Assembly (NCBI GenBank): GCA_963767005.1
Contig: CAVYCN010000011.1
Location: 1-64,000, forward strand
Length of the DNA: 64,000 bases
DNA from: an uncultured Actinomycetes bacterium
GTDB taxonomy: Bacteria; Actinomycetota; Thermoleophilia; UBA2241
Direction of reading: 5' to 3'
This document shows, in pieces, positions 1 to 8,947 of the stretch (positions within the stretch are counted from its first letter, which is position 1; each line of letters opens with the position of its first letter). Below the pieces are notes generated by a model. It ran no database searches and was not told where the DNA came from. It saw only the letters and a program-made list of their open reading frames with translations. Both the position numbers and the translations under genes were made by a program.

Positions 1-2025
1 GATCGCCTCGTCGATGGCGGCGGCGAACTGGGCGTTGTACAGGTCGAAGTAGAAGCCGCGCCTGGCGAGCAGCTCTTCGTGGCTGCCCTGCTCGACGATG
101 TGGCCCTGATCCATGCAGAGGATGATGTCGGCGCCGCGGATCGTCGAGAGCCGGTGGGCGATCACGAAGCTCGTGCGGTCCTTCATGAGCTCGCTCATGG
201 CCTGCTGGATCAGCACCTCGGTGCGGGTGTCGACCGAGCTCGTGGCCTCGTCCAGGATGAGGATGTCGGGGTCGGCCAGGAACGCCCGCGCGATCGTCAG
301 GAGCTGCTTCTCGCCCTGCGACACCGCCGTCGCGTCTTCGTCGAGCACCGTGTCGTAGCCGTGCGGCAGCGTCCGCACGAAGTGGTCGACCCGGGCCGCC
401 TTGGCGGCGGCCAGCAGCCGCTCCTCGGTCGCGCCGTCGCGCCCGTAGGTGATGTTGTCGCGCACGGTGCCGCTGAACAGCCAGGTGTCCTGCAGCACCA
501 TGCCGAACAGCCGGCGCAGGTCGCTGCGCGACATCTGCCGCGTGTCGATGCCGTCGACCAGGATGCGGCCGTGGTCGATCTCGTAGAAGCGCAGCAGCAG
601 GTTGACCAGGGTGGTCTTGCCCGCCCCGGTCGGCCCGACGATGGCGACCGTCTCGCCGGGCGCGACGTCGAGGTCGAGGTCGTCGATCAGCGGCTGGTCG
701 GCGACGTAGCGGAACGAGACGTCCTCGAGCGTGATGTGGCCCTGCGTGTGTTCGAGCCTCGCGGGCACGGCGGGATCGGGCTCCTCCTCGCTCTCGTCGA
801 GCAGCTCGAAGACCCGCTCCGAAGACGCGGCGGTCGACTGCAGGATATTGACGATGCTGGCCACCTGGGTGATCGGCTGGGTGAACTGCCGCGAGTACGA
901 GAAGAAGGCCTGCACGTCGCCGAGCGAGAGCGTCCCGCTGGCCACCTTGATGCCGCCGATGACCGCGATCGCGACGTAGTTCAGGTTGCTCACGAACATC
1001 ATGACGGGCTGGATGAGGCCACTGATGAACTGCGCCCCGAAGCTCGCCCGGTAGAGCCCCTCGTTGTGCTCGTCGAACTGCTCGATGGCCTCGCGCTGGT
1101 GGCCGAAGACCTTGACGATGTTGTGGCCGGTGAACATCTCCTCGACGTGGCCGCCCACGTCGCCGGTGCGCTCCCACTGCACGGCGAACAGCTTCTGCGA
1201 CCGCCGTGCGATCAGGATGGTGACCGCGAACGAGATCGGCACGACGATCACCGAGATGGCGGCCAGCAGCGGACTGATCCAGAACATCATGATGAGCACG
1301 CCGACGATGGTCAGCAGCGACGTGATCAGCGTGGTGAGCGCCTGCTGCAGCGACTGCGCGATGTTGTCGAGGTCGTTGGTGAGGCGGGACAGCACGTCGC
1401 CGTGGGGGTGGTCGTCGAAGTAGCGCAGCGGCAGGCGGCCCAGCTTCTCGTCTGCGGTGCGCCGCAGGCGGTAGACCGTGCGCTGCGCTACGCCCACCAT
1501 GAGGTACTGCTGGCCCCAGCTGAACACCGCGCTCGCCAGGTAGATGCCGAGAGCCAGCAGCAGGGTCGTCTCGAGCGTGTGGAAGTCGATGCCGTGGCCG
1601 GGGTGCAGGTGCATGCTCGCCATCATGTCGGCGATGCGCCCCTGACCATGCGTGCGTGCGTAGGCGATCGCCTGGGCCTTCGTCATGCCGGCCGGGATGC
1701 GCTTGGAGAACAGGCCCTCGAAGATGATGTTGGTGGCATCGCCCAGGATGCGCGGACCCAGCACGGCGAAGACAACGCTCACGATGCCAAGCAGGAACAT
1801 GCCGACGATGCGCAGCCTCTCCGGGCGCATCGTCCCGACGAGGCGCCGCATCGTGCCCCGGAAGTCGCGCGCCTTCTCGGTCGGCGTGACGAGCGCGTGG
1901 CCAGGCCCGCCGGGGCCACGACCCATCCTCCCGCGACCGGCGCCGGGGCCGCCAGTCGCCGGCCCGCCGGCGGGCGGAGCGCCGTTGCCGCGCGGGCCGT
2001 TGCCGCGCGGGCCGTTCACGCTCAC
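1..2025 (-). CDS. ABC exporter ATP-binding/permease subunit (3' end runs off the window)
   Basis: Read on the minus strand from GTG at 2025, overlapping the upstream stop. TM domain, Walker A GPTGAGKT, signature-like VSQGEKQ and Walker B ILILDEATS. Gly/Pro-rich N-terminus. Confidence 0.93.
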   Translation of the reverse strand, partial: MSVNGPRGNGPRGNGAPPAGGPATGGPGAGRGRMGRGPGGPGHALVTPTEKARDFRGTMRRLVGTMRPERLRIVGMFLLGIVSVVFAVLGPRILGDATNIIFEGLFSKRIPAGMTKAQAIAYARTHGQGRIADMMASMHLHPGHGIDFHTLETTLLLALGIYLASAVFSWGQQYLMVGVAQRTVYRLRRTADEKLGRLPLRYFDDHPHGDVLSRLTNDLDNIAQSLQQALTTLITSLLTIVGVLIMMFWISPLLAAISVIVVPISFAVTILIARRSQKLFAVQWERTGDVGGHVEEMFTGHNIVKVFGHQREAIEQFDEHNEGLYRASFGAQFISGLIQPVMMFVSNLNYVAIAVIGGIKVASGTLSLGDVQAFFSYSRQFTQPITQVASIVNILQSTAASSERVFELLDESEEEPDPAVPARLEHTQGHITLEDVSFRYVADQPLIDDLDLDVAPGETVAIVGPTGAGKTTLVNLLLRFYEIDHGRILVDGIDTRQMSRSDLRRLFGMVLQDTWLFSGTVRDNITYGRDGATEERLLAAAKAARVDHFVRTLPHGYDTVLDEDATAVSQGEKQLLTIARAFLADPDILILDEATSSVDTRTEVLIQQAMSELMKDRTSFVIAHRLSTIRGADIILCMDQGHIVEQGSHEELLARRGFYFDLYNAQFAAAIDEAI

Positions 2026-3752
2026 GTCGCCTCACCCTCTCCGAGCTGCGAGGTCACGATCTCGCGATAGGTCTCACAGCGTTCGAGGAGCTCCTCGTGC
2101 GTACCGAGGCCGACGATGCCGCCGTCATCGAGCACGACGATCTGCTGGGCGTGCATGATGGTGCCGACGCGCTGGGCGACCACGATGGTGGTGGCCTCGG
2201 CGGTCTCGTGCTGCAGCGCGGCGCGCAGGTCGGCGTCGGTCTTCACGTCGACCGCCGAGAAGCTGTCGTCGAAGATGTAGATCGAGGCCTTCTTGGCGAG
2301 GGCCCGGGCGATGGCCAGGCGCTGGCGCTGGCCGCCCGACACGCTGGCCCCGGCCTGGGCGACCTCGGTGTCGAGCTTGTCGGGCATCTCGCTCACGAAG
2401 TCGATCCCCTGAGCGACGTCGAGCAGGTGCCACAGCTCCTCGTCACTCGCGTCGGGGCGCCCGTAACGCAGGTTGTCGGCGACGCTGCCGCTGAACAGGA
2501 ACGCCGTCTGCGGGACGAGGCCGATACGCCGCCACAGCTCCTGCGGGTCGTACGCGCACACATCGACGCCGTCGACGAGCACCGTGCCCGCGGTGACGTC
2601 GTAGAGGCGCGGGATGAGGTTGATGAGGGTCGACTTGCCGCTGCCGGTGCTGCCCACGATGGCGGTCATCTGCCCCGGCTGCGCCGTGAAGGAGATGTGC
2701 GAAAGCACGGGTTCCTCGGCGCCCGGGTAGCGAAACTCGACGTCGCGAAACTCGATGAGGCCGGCCGTCGGCGCGCCCGTGACCGGCTGCTCGGGTGGGG
2801 CCACCGAGGGCACCGTGGTGAGCACGGCCTGGATGCGCTCCCCGGCGGCCGCCGCGCGCGGCACCATCACGAACATGATGGTCGCCATGATCACCGAGAA
2901 CAGGATCAGGTAGGTGTACTGCAGGAACGCCTGGAGGTCGCCGATCGCCATACCGTGATAGGCGATCTGGTTGCCGCCGAACCAGATCAGGACGACCGTC
3001 GTGAGCTGCATGATCAGCATGATGACCGGGAAGGTCAGCGCGAACATGCGGTTGACCCGCAGGGCCGTGTCGGTGAGGTCGACGTTCGCGTCGTCGAAGC
3101 GCTTCTCCTCGTACCTCGTGCGGTCGAAGGCGCGGATCACGCGCACGCCGGACAGCACTTCGCGCGTCACCTGGTTGACCCGGTCGATCTTGGCCTGCAT
3201 CGAGCGGAACAGGGGCAGGGCGCGCGTCACGAGGACGGCCAGGAAGACGCCCATGACGACGATCGCGACCAAGATGACGCCCGAGAGCGGCACGTTCAGG
3301 CGCAGCGCCATGATGATGCCGCCGATCGCCATGAACGGCGCCGCCAGCACGACGGTGAGCAGCATGAGCACCACCTGCTGGACCTGGTAGACGTCGTTCG
3401 TGTTGCGGGTGATGAGCGAGGCGGTGCCGAAGTGGTTGAGCTCGGCCAGCGAGAAATCCTCGACCTTGCGGAACAGCAGGGCGCGCACGTCGCGGCCGAA
3501 CGCCATGGCCGTCTTGGAGCCGAAGTACACGGTGATGATGGTAGCGACCACGAGGACCGCGCTCAGGAGCAGCATGAAGCCGCCCATGCGCTCGATGTAG
3601 TGGACGTCGCCCGTGGCCACACCGTTCGTGATGATGTCGCCGTTGATGGTCGGCAGCGACAGGTTCGTGATGGCCTGCACGAGCAGGAGCGCAAGGATGA
3701 TGGCGAGGTTCCAGCGGTAGGGCGCGAGGCGCTCCCAGAGCAGGCGGGTCAT
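2022..3752 (-). CDS. ABC exporter ATP-binding/permease subunit (heterodimer partner)
   Basis: 576 aa with 6 TM helices, GSTGSGKS, VSGGQRQR and a degenerate Walker B (FDDSFSA) typical of heterodimeric multidrug ABC exporters. Confidence 0.95.
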   Translation of the reverse strand: MTRLLWERLAPYRWNLAIILALLLVQAITNLSLPTINGDIITNGVATGDVHYIERMGGFMLLLSAVLVVATIITVYFGSKTAMAFGRDVRALLFRKVEDFSLAELNHFGTASLITRNTNDVYQVQQVVLMLLTVVLAAPFMAIGGIIMALRLNVPLSGVILVAIVVMGVFLAVLVTRALPLFRSMQAKIDRVNQVTREVLSGVRVIRAFDRTRYEEKRFDDANVDLTDTALRVNRMFALTFPVIMLIMQLTTVVLIWFGGNQIAYHGMAIGDLQAFLQYTYLILFSVIMATIMFVMVPRAAAAGERIQAVLTTVPSVAPPEQPVTGAPTAGLIEFRDVEFRYPGAEEPVLSHISFTAQPGQMTAIVGSTGSGKSTLINLIPRLYDVTAGTVLVDGVDVCAYDPQELWRRIGLVPQTAFLFSGSVADNLRYGRPDASDEELWHLLDVAQGIDFVSEMPDKLDTEVAQAGASVSGGQRQRLAIARALAKKASIYIFDDSFSAVDVKTDADLRAALQHETAEATTIVVAQRVGTIMHAQQIVVLDDGGIVGLGTHEELLERCETYREIVTSQLGEGEAT

Positions 3753-4378
3753 GCGGACTCCCTGCGCAGGTCGTCGCGCCCGGCCGTCTGCCCGGCCTCG
3801 CTGCCTTCGCCGGACGCGCCGGCGTCGGCGGGACCGGTGCGTGACTCGATGGCAGTCTCAAGGATCGCGGCAAAGGCACCGAGCAGTCTGATGAGCTCTC
3901 GGCGATCGGCCTCGGAGAGCCGCCCGATGGTGTCCTTGACGTAGCCCGCCACGACGCCGCGGAACTTCTCCTCGAGCGCGCGCCCGCGTTTGGTCACATA
4001 CACGCGGGTCACGCGCTGGTCGTGTTCGTCGTCGCGCCGTTCAACCAGGCCGTCCCGCTCCATGCCCTGCAGCATGCGGCTGATGCTCGGCGCCGCCACG
4101 TGCAGCTCGTCGGCGAGCTCGCGCTGGCTGATGCCGTCGTGCACGCCGGCGACGCGCAGGCAGAAGAACTGCCCGGGATGGATCCCCTCGCCGTCGCCGA
4201 CGAGACGGCCGATCAGCCGCGCGTGCAGGCGGCCCGCGGCGATGAAGGCGCGAAACGTGTCGGCCGAGAGCTGATCGACGCCGTCTTCTTCGAGGTGAGG
4301 TGAGAGGGCGCTGTCGCCGCGGCCGGCGCGAGCCGAGGACGCCTCGGGAGGAGGGCTGGATGCTGCGGGCGGTGTCAC
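3749..4378 (-). CDS. MarR family transcriptional regulator
   Basis: wHTH motif ISQRELADELHVAAPSISRMLQGMERDGLVERR-D--DQR; overlaps the ABC start (ATGA). Confidence 0.92.
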   Translation of the reverse strand: MTPPAASSPPPEASSARAGRGDSALSPHLEEDGVDQLSADTFRAFIAAGRLHARLIGRLVGDGEGIHPGQFFCLRVAGVHDGISQRELADELHVAAPSISRMLQGMERDGLVERRDDEHDQRVTRVYVTKRGRALEEKFRGVVAGYVKDTIGRLSEADRRELIRLLGAFAAILETAIESRTGPADAGASGEGSEAGQTAGRDDLRRESA

Positions 4379-4387
4379 GCGGAGAAG

Positions 4388-4416
4388 GTTAGCACACTAA
4401 CGGTTAGCAGGCAAAC
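4388..4416. promoter_or_regulatory. Tandem palindromic operators, probably MarR autoregulatory sites
   Basis: GTTAGCACACTAAC (4388-4401) and GTTAGCAGGCAAAC (4403-4416), about 10 nt upstream of the marR start. Confidence 0.65.
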
Positions 4417-4583
4417 CGATTGCCGCGTCTGTGCGAAGATCCCGCCGCGTTTGTGCGCAGATCGGGTAGAAAGGGGGCGCTGGAAGGAGCCGCCGGAGGA
4501 GACCCGCCGTGGTGCGGGATCGCCGGGAGGGAGGCCGGGCGCCGGGCCGGCGCGTAGGACGGAAGACGACGCCGCCAGCGACC

Positions 4584-4612
4584 TTGTCCTACGCAAACGT
4601 TTACACTATTAT
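4584..4612 (+). promoter_or_regulatory. Housekeeping-sigma promoter for cydABDC with a palindrome in the spacer
   Basis: TTGTCC-N17-TATTAT; the spacer contains GCAAACGTTTAC (LacI-like dyad). Confidence 0.5.
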
Positions 4613-4722
4613 CGTGAGGAATACTGGGCAGGGGGTCGGTCCGGCCACCCCCGCCCGGTCTGGACAGGTCCGCGGGGCAGGGAGTCCCCCGCCGGCCACC
4701 ACGCAAACGAGGGGGAGCGCAG

Positions 4723-6141
4723 ATGAGGAGCTCTGTCATCCTGGCCACGACGCAGCTGGACCTCGCGCGGCTCCAGTTCGCGGCGACGAGCATCTACCAC
4801 TTCCTGTTCGTGCCGGTCACGATCGGGCTCGCGGTGCTCGTCGCGGTGCTGCAGACCATCTGGCACCGCCGCGGCGACGAGGACTACCTGCGCCTGACGA
4901 GGTTCTTCGGCACGCTCCTGCTGATCAACGTCGCCGTCGGCGTGGTCACCGGCCTCGTGCAGGAGTTCCAGTTCGGCATGGCCTGGTCGTCGTACTCGCG
5001 TTTCGTGGGCGATGTCTTCGGCGCGCCGCTCGCCGTCGAGGGCCTCGCCGCCTTCTTCCTCGAGTCGACGTTCCTCGGCCTCTGGCTGTTCGGCTGGGGC
5101 CGCCTGCCCAAGGCCGTCCACCTCGCGACGATCTGGATCGTGGCCTTCGGCACGGTGCTGTCGGCGGCCATCATCATGGCGGCCAACTCGTGGATGCAGC
5201 ACCCGGTCGGCTACCGCATCGACCCGGCCACGGGCCGCGCCCAGCTCACCAGCATCTTCGCCGTCCTGCTCAACCCGCTCTTCCTCTGGGCCTACGCGCA
5301 CGTGCTCCTGGCGGCGCTCGTCACCGCCGCCGGCCTCATGCTGGCCGTATCCGCCTGGCACCTCAAGCACCGCTCCGACCACGACGTCTTTCGCAAGACC
5401 GCCCGCATCTCGCTGGTGGTGCTGCTGCCGGCCGCGTTCCTCGTAATGATCGTCGGCAGCGAGCTCGGCGTCTCCGGCGAGACCTACCAGCCCATGAAGA
5501 TCGCCGCCGGCGAGGCGCTCTGGAACACCCAGCAGCCGGCCTCGTTCTCGATCTTCCAGATCGGCGGCTTCAGCGCGAGCCACCCGACGCCGTCATTTGC
5601 GATCAAGGTGCCCCACCTGCTCTCGCTGCTCGCCACGAACTCGTGGAACGGCAGGGTGCCCGGCATCAACGAGGCGAACGCCCAGGAGCAGCGGCAGTAC
5701 GGGGCCGGCGACTACGTGCCCAGCGTCTTCATCAACTTCTGGTCGATCCGCGGCATGGCCTACCTCGCCGGCCTCGAGTTCCTGCTCGCGCTCTGGGGCC
5801 TGTGGGCGCTGCGCCGCAGCCGCGCGACCGTCTCGCCCTGGTTCCTGCGCATCGCCATCTGGGCGGTCGTGCTGCCCTTCATCATGAACACGCTCGGCTG
5901 GGTCCTCACCGAGGTGGGCCGCCAGCCCTGGATCGTGCAGGGGCTGCAGCTCACGAGCCGGGCGGTCTCGCCGTCGGTCGGCGCCACGACGATCGCCATC
6001 AGCCTCGTCCTGTTCGTGCTGCTCTACGGGCTCATGGCGATCATCGACGCCGCGCTCATGATCCGCTTCGCGCGCAAGCCCCTGGGGCCGCTGCCCGAGC
6101 TCGACGAGCAGGCCGTCCCCGTCCCCGCGATGACGTACTAG
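4723..6141 (+). CDS. cydA: Cytochrome bd ubiquinol oxidase subunit I
   Basis: LARLQFA..HFLFVP, QEFQFG, FFLESTF, QPMKIAA, GWVLTEVGRQPW motifs. Confidence 0.98.
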   Translation: MRSSVILATTQLDLARLQFAATSIYHFLFVPVTIGLAVLVAVLQTIWHRRGDEDYLRLTRFFGTLLLINVAVGVVTGLVQEFQFGMAWSSYSRFVGDVFGAPLAVEGLAAFFLESTFLGLWLFGWGRLPKAVHLATIWIVAFGTVLSAAIIMAANSWMQHPVGYRIDPATGRAQLTSIFAVLLNPLFLWAYAHVLLAALVTAAGLMLAVSAWHLKHRSDHDVFRKTARISLVVLLPAAFLVMIVGSELGVSGETYQPMKIAAGEALWNTQQPASFSIFQIGGFSASHPTPSFAIKVPHLLSLLATNSWNGRVPGINEANAQEQRQYGAGDYVPSVFINFWSIRGMAYLAGLEFLLALWGLWALRRSRATVSPWFLRIAIWAVVLPFIMNTLGWVLTEVGRQPWIVQGLQLTSRAVSPSVGATTIAISLVLFVLLYGLMAIIDAALMIRFARKPLGPLPELDEQAVPVPAMTY

Positions 6142-6210
6142 GCCTGCAACGATGTCACAACAGCCTGAGCGGCATCGACGAAGTCAAATGACGGACTAGG
6201 AGGTCCGGCC

Positions 6211-7272
6211 ATGACACTTGCGATCCTCTGGTTCATCGTCCTCGGCCTTCTGTGGTGCGGCTTTCTGTTCCTCGAAGGCTTCGACTTCGGCGTGGGCATG
6301 CTGCACGGCTTCGTCGGCGGCAACGACCTCGAGCGCCGCGTCGCGATCAACGCGATCGGCCCGGTCTGGGACGGCAACGAGGTCTGGCTGATCGTCGCCG
6401 GGGCCGGCATGTTCGCCGCCTTCCCCGAGTGGTACGCGACCATGTTCTCGGGCATGTACCTGGCCCTCGCCGTGGTGCTCATCGCGCTCATCATCCGCGG
6501 CGTCTCGTTCGAGTTTCGCACCCAGCTCGACCGCGCCGGCTGGCACTTTCTGTGGAGCGCCGCCCTCACCCTGGGCAGCTTCCTCGTGCCGTTGCTCGTC
6601 GGCGTGGCCTTCGGCAACCTCGTGCGCGGGCTGCCGATCGACGCCCACCACGAATACACCGGCTCGTTCTTCACGCTGCTCAACCCGTACTCGCTGTTCG
6701 CCGGCATCACCGTCCTGCTGCTCTGCGTCCTGCACGGCGCCACGTTCCTCGCCCTCAAGACCAGGGGCGTGGTCCAGGACCGCTCCGAGCAGGTGGGCGG
6801 CAGCGTCGGGCTGCTCGCCGCGCTCTTCAGCATCGGCTTTGCGATCTGGACGCCCATCGAGTCCGGACACACTGTCCGCACCGTGGTGCCGGCCGCCGCC
6901 GTCGTCGCCGTGCTCGCGGCCGTCTGGTTCGTCCGCGCGCGCCGCAACGGCTGGGCGTTCCTGGCCACGGGCCTGGCCATGCTGGCCACCGGCGCGACGT
7001 TCTTCGTGTTCCTGTATCCTCACGTGATGGTGTCGAGCACCAACGCCGCCTACAGCCTCACGGTGAGCAACGCCTCGTCGTCGTCGTACACGCTCAAGGT
7101 CATGACCGTCGTTACCGTGATCTTCTTCCCCCTCGTCCTGCTCTACCAGGGCTGGACCTACTACGTCTTCCGCCGGCGCATCGACGTCGGCGACCTGTCG
7201 CAGGGCGGTGGCGCGTCGCGCCCCGGGCCGGTGACCTCCGGCGGGCCCTCAGGGGCGCCGGCGGGGCGCTGA
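6211..7272 (+). CDS. cydB: Cytochrome bd ubiquinol oxidase subunit II
   Basis: LEGFDFGVG and IGPVWDGNEVWLI motifs; follows cydA. Confidence 0.98.
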   Translation: MTLAILWFIVLGLLWCGFLFLEGFDFGVGMLHGFVGGNDLERRVAINAIGPVWDGNEVWLIVAGAGMFAAFPEWYATMFSGMYLALAVVLIALIIRGVSFEFRTQLDRAGWHFLWSAALTLGSFLVPLLVGVAFGNLVRGLPIDAHHEYTGSFFTLLNPYSLFAGITVLLLCVLHGATFLALKTRGVVQDRSEQVGGSVGLLAALFSIGFAIWTPIESGHTVRTVVPAAAVVAVLAAVWFVRARRNGWAFLATGLAMLATGATFFVFLYPHVMVSSTNAAYSLTVSNASSSSYTLKVMTVVTVIFFPLVLLYQGWTYYVFRRRIDVGDLSQGGGASRPGPVTSGGPSGAPAGR

Positions 7273-7279
7273 CCGTGCG

Positions 7280-8947
7280 GTGAGGACGCTCGATCCGCGG
7301 TTGCTGCGTCGGGCGCGCGATGCGCGCCTGGCGCTCGCCGCCGACGTGGCCCTCGGGCTGCTGTCGACGCTGGCGCTCCTCGCTCAGGCGACCCTGCTGG
7401 CGTGGGCGGTGTCGCAGGCCTTCGCCGGGCGCCCACTGCGCCACGTCGCCCTCGCCCTCGCCCTGCTCGCCGCCCTGGCCGTCGCCCGCGGGGCGCTCGC
7501 CGGCGCCTTCGAGGCCACCGGGCGCCGCGCCGCCGCGGGCGTCATGTCGCAGCTCCGCCGCGAGCTCGTCGAGCGGCGCACGCGCGGCCTGCCGACCGCG
7601 GCCGACGGCGCCGAGTCGGGCGAGGTGGCGACCGCCGCGGTGCAGGGCGTAGACGCCCTCGAGGCATACTTCGCCCGCTACCTGCCGCAGCTCGTGCTGG
7701 CCTTCCTCGTGCCGGCGACCGTGCTCGTCTGGACGGTCTTCGTCGATCCCGTGTCGGCCCTCATCATGGCGGTGACGCTGCCGCTGCTGCCGATCTTCAT
7801 GTGGCTGATCGGGCGCGCCACCGAGCGCCGCACGCGGGCTCGCTGGGGCGCACTCGCGCGCCTCTCCAACCACTTCCTCGACATCATGCGCGGCCTGCCG
7901 ACGCTGCGCGCCTTCAACCGCGGCGAGGCCCAGGCCGAGCGCATCGCCGCCGTCGGCGAGGAGTACCGCCGCACCACCATGCAGACGCTGCGCCTCGCCT
8001 TTCTGTCGGGCGCCGTGCTCGACCTGGCCGCGACCCTTGCCACCGCGCTGGTCGCGGTGACGCTGGGGCTGCGCCTCGCCGGCGGCTCGCTCACGCTGCG
8101 GCCGGCGCTCACCGTGCTCCTGCTCACACCCGAGCTCTACCTGCCGATCCGACTGCTCGCCCTGCAGTTCCACGCGAGCGCCGACGGCCTCGCCGCCGCG
8201 GACCGCATCCTCGGCCTCATCGAGACGCTCCAGGCCGCCCCGGCGGGCGTCGCGCCGCCACCCGTCGACTGGCGCCGCCTGCGCCTGGTCGACGTCGCCC
8301 TCGGCAACCCCGGCCGCGCCGGCCGCGTGCTCGACGGCCTAGGTCTCGAGCTGCGGCGCGGCGAGGTCGTCGCCCTCGTCGGACGCAGCGGCGCCGGCAA
8401 GACGAGCCTCGCCGCGCTGCTGCTCGGCCTGCGCCGGCCCGACGCCGGCACCGTGCGCGTCGACGACGCCGACCTCGCCACGCTCGACCTCGCCGCCTGG
8501 CGCCGCCAGGTCTCGTGGGTGCCGCAGCGCCCCACGCTCTTCCACGGCAGCGTCGCCCACAACATCGCGCTCGGCGCCGGCGACGTCAGCGCCGAGCAGG
8601 TGCGGGCGGCGGCGCGGCTCGCCGGCGCCGACGAGTTCGTGCGCGACCTGCCGCGTGGCTACGACACGACGATCGGCGAGGGCGGCCGCGGCCTGTCGGC
8701 CGGCGAGACGCGCCGTGTCGCCTTGGCGCGCGCCCTCGTGCGCGAGGCGCCGCTGCTGATCCTCGACGAGCCTACGGCCGACCTCGACGCCGAGAGCGCG
8801 GCCCTCGTGACGGCCGCGGTCGGGCAGGCGCGCGAGGGCCGGGCGGTGCTCGTCATCGAGCACCGCCCGGCCCTCGCGCGCCTCGCCGACCGCGTCGTGC
8901 GCCTGGTCGACGGCCACGCCGTGGTCGAGAAGGGCGCGACCGCATGA
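7280..8947 (+). CDS. cydD: Thiol reductant ABC exporter subunit CydD
   Basis: YFARYLPQ, PLLPIFMWLIG, LLLTPELYLP, GRSGAGKT, LSAGE; cyd operon context. Confidence 0.93.
   Translation: MRTLDPRLLRRARDARLALAADVALGLLSTLALLAQATLLAWAVSQAFAGRPLRHVALALALLAALAVARGALAGAFEATGRRAAAGVMSQLRRELVERRTRGLPTAADGAESGEVATAAVQGVDALEAYFARYLPQLVLAFLVPATVLVWTVFVDPVSALIMAVTLPLLPIFMWLIGRATERRTRARWGALARLSNHFLDIMRGLPTLRAFNRGEAQAERIAAVGEEYRRTTMQTLRLAFLSGAVLDLAATLATALVAVTLGLRLAGGSLTLRPALTVLLLTPELYLPIRLLALQFHASADGLAAADRILGLIETLQAAPAGVAPPPVDWRRLRLVDVALGNPGRAGRVLDGLGLELRRGEVVALVGRSGAGKTSLAALLLGLRRPDAGTVRVDDADLATLDLAAWRRQVSWVPQRPTLFHGSVAHNIALGAGDVSAEQVRAAARLAGADEFVRDLPRGYDTTIGEGGRGLSAGETRRVALARALVREAPLLILDEPTADLDAESAALVTAAVGQAREGRAVLVIEHRPALARLADRVVRLVDGHAVVEKGATA

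Noticed and set aside
79-2070. Long plus-strand ORF (663 aa), and similar long ORFs such as 30298..34029, 41032..44649 and 44686..46338
   Set aside because: Antisense or off-frame shadows of clear genes; stop codons are scarce in very GC-rich DNA and the translations lack motifs.
7402-8943. Apparent 1079-aa CydC
   Set aside because: The upstream half is an off-frame read of cydD; the real start is 8944.
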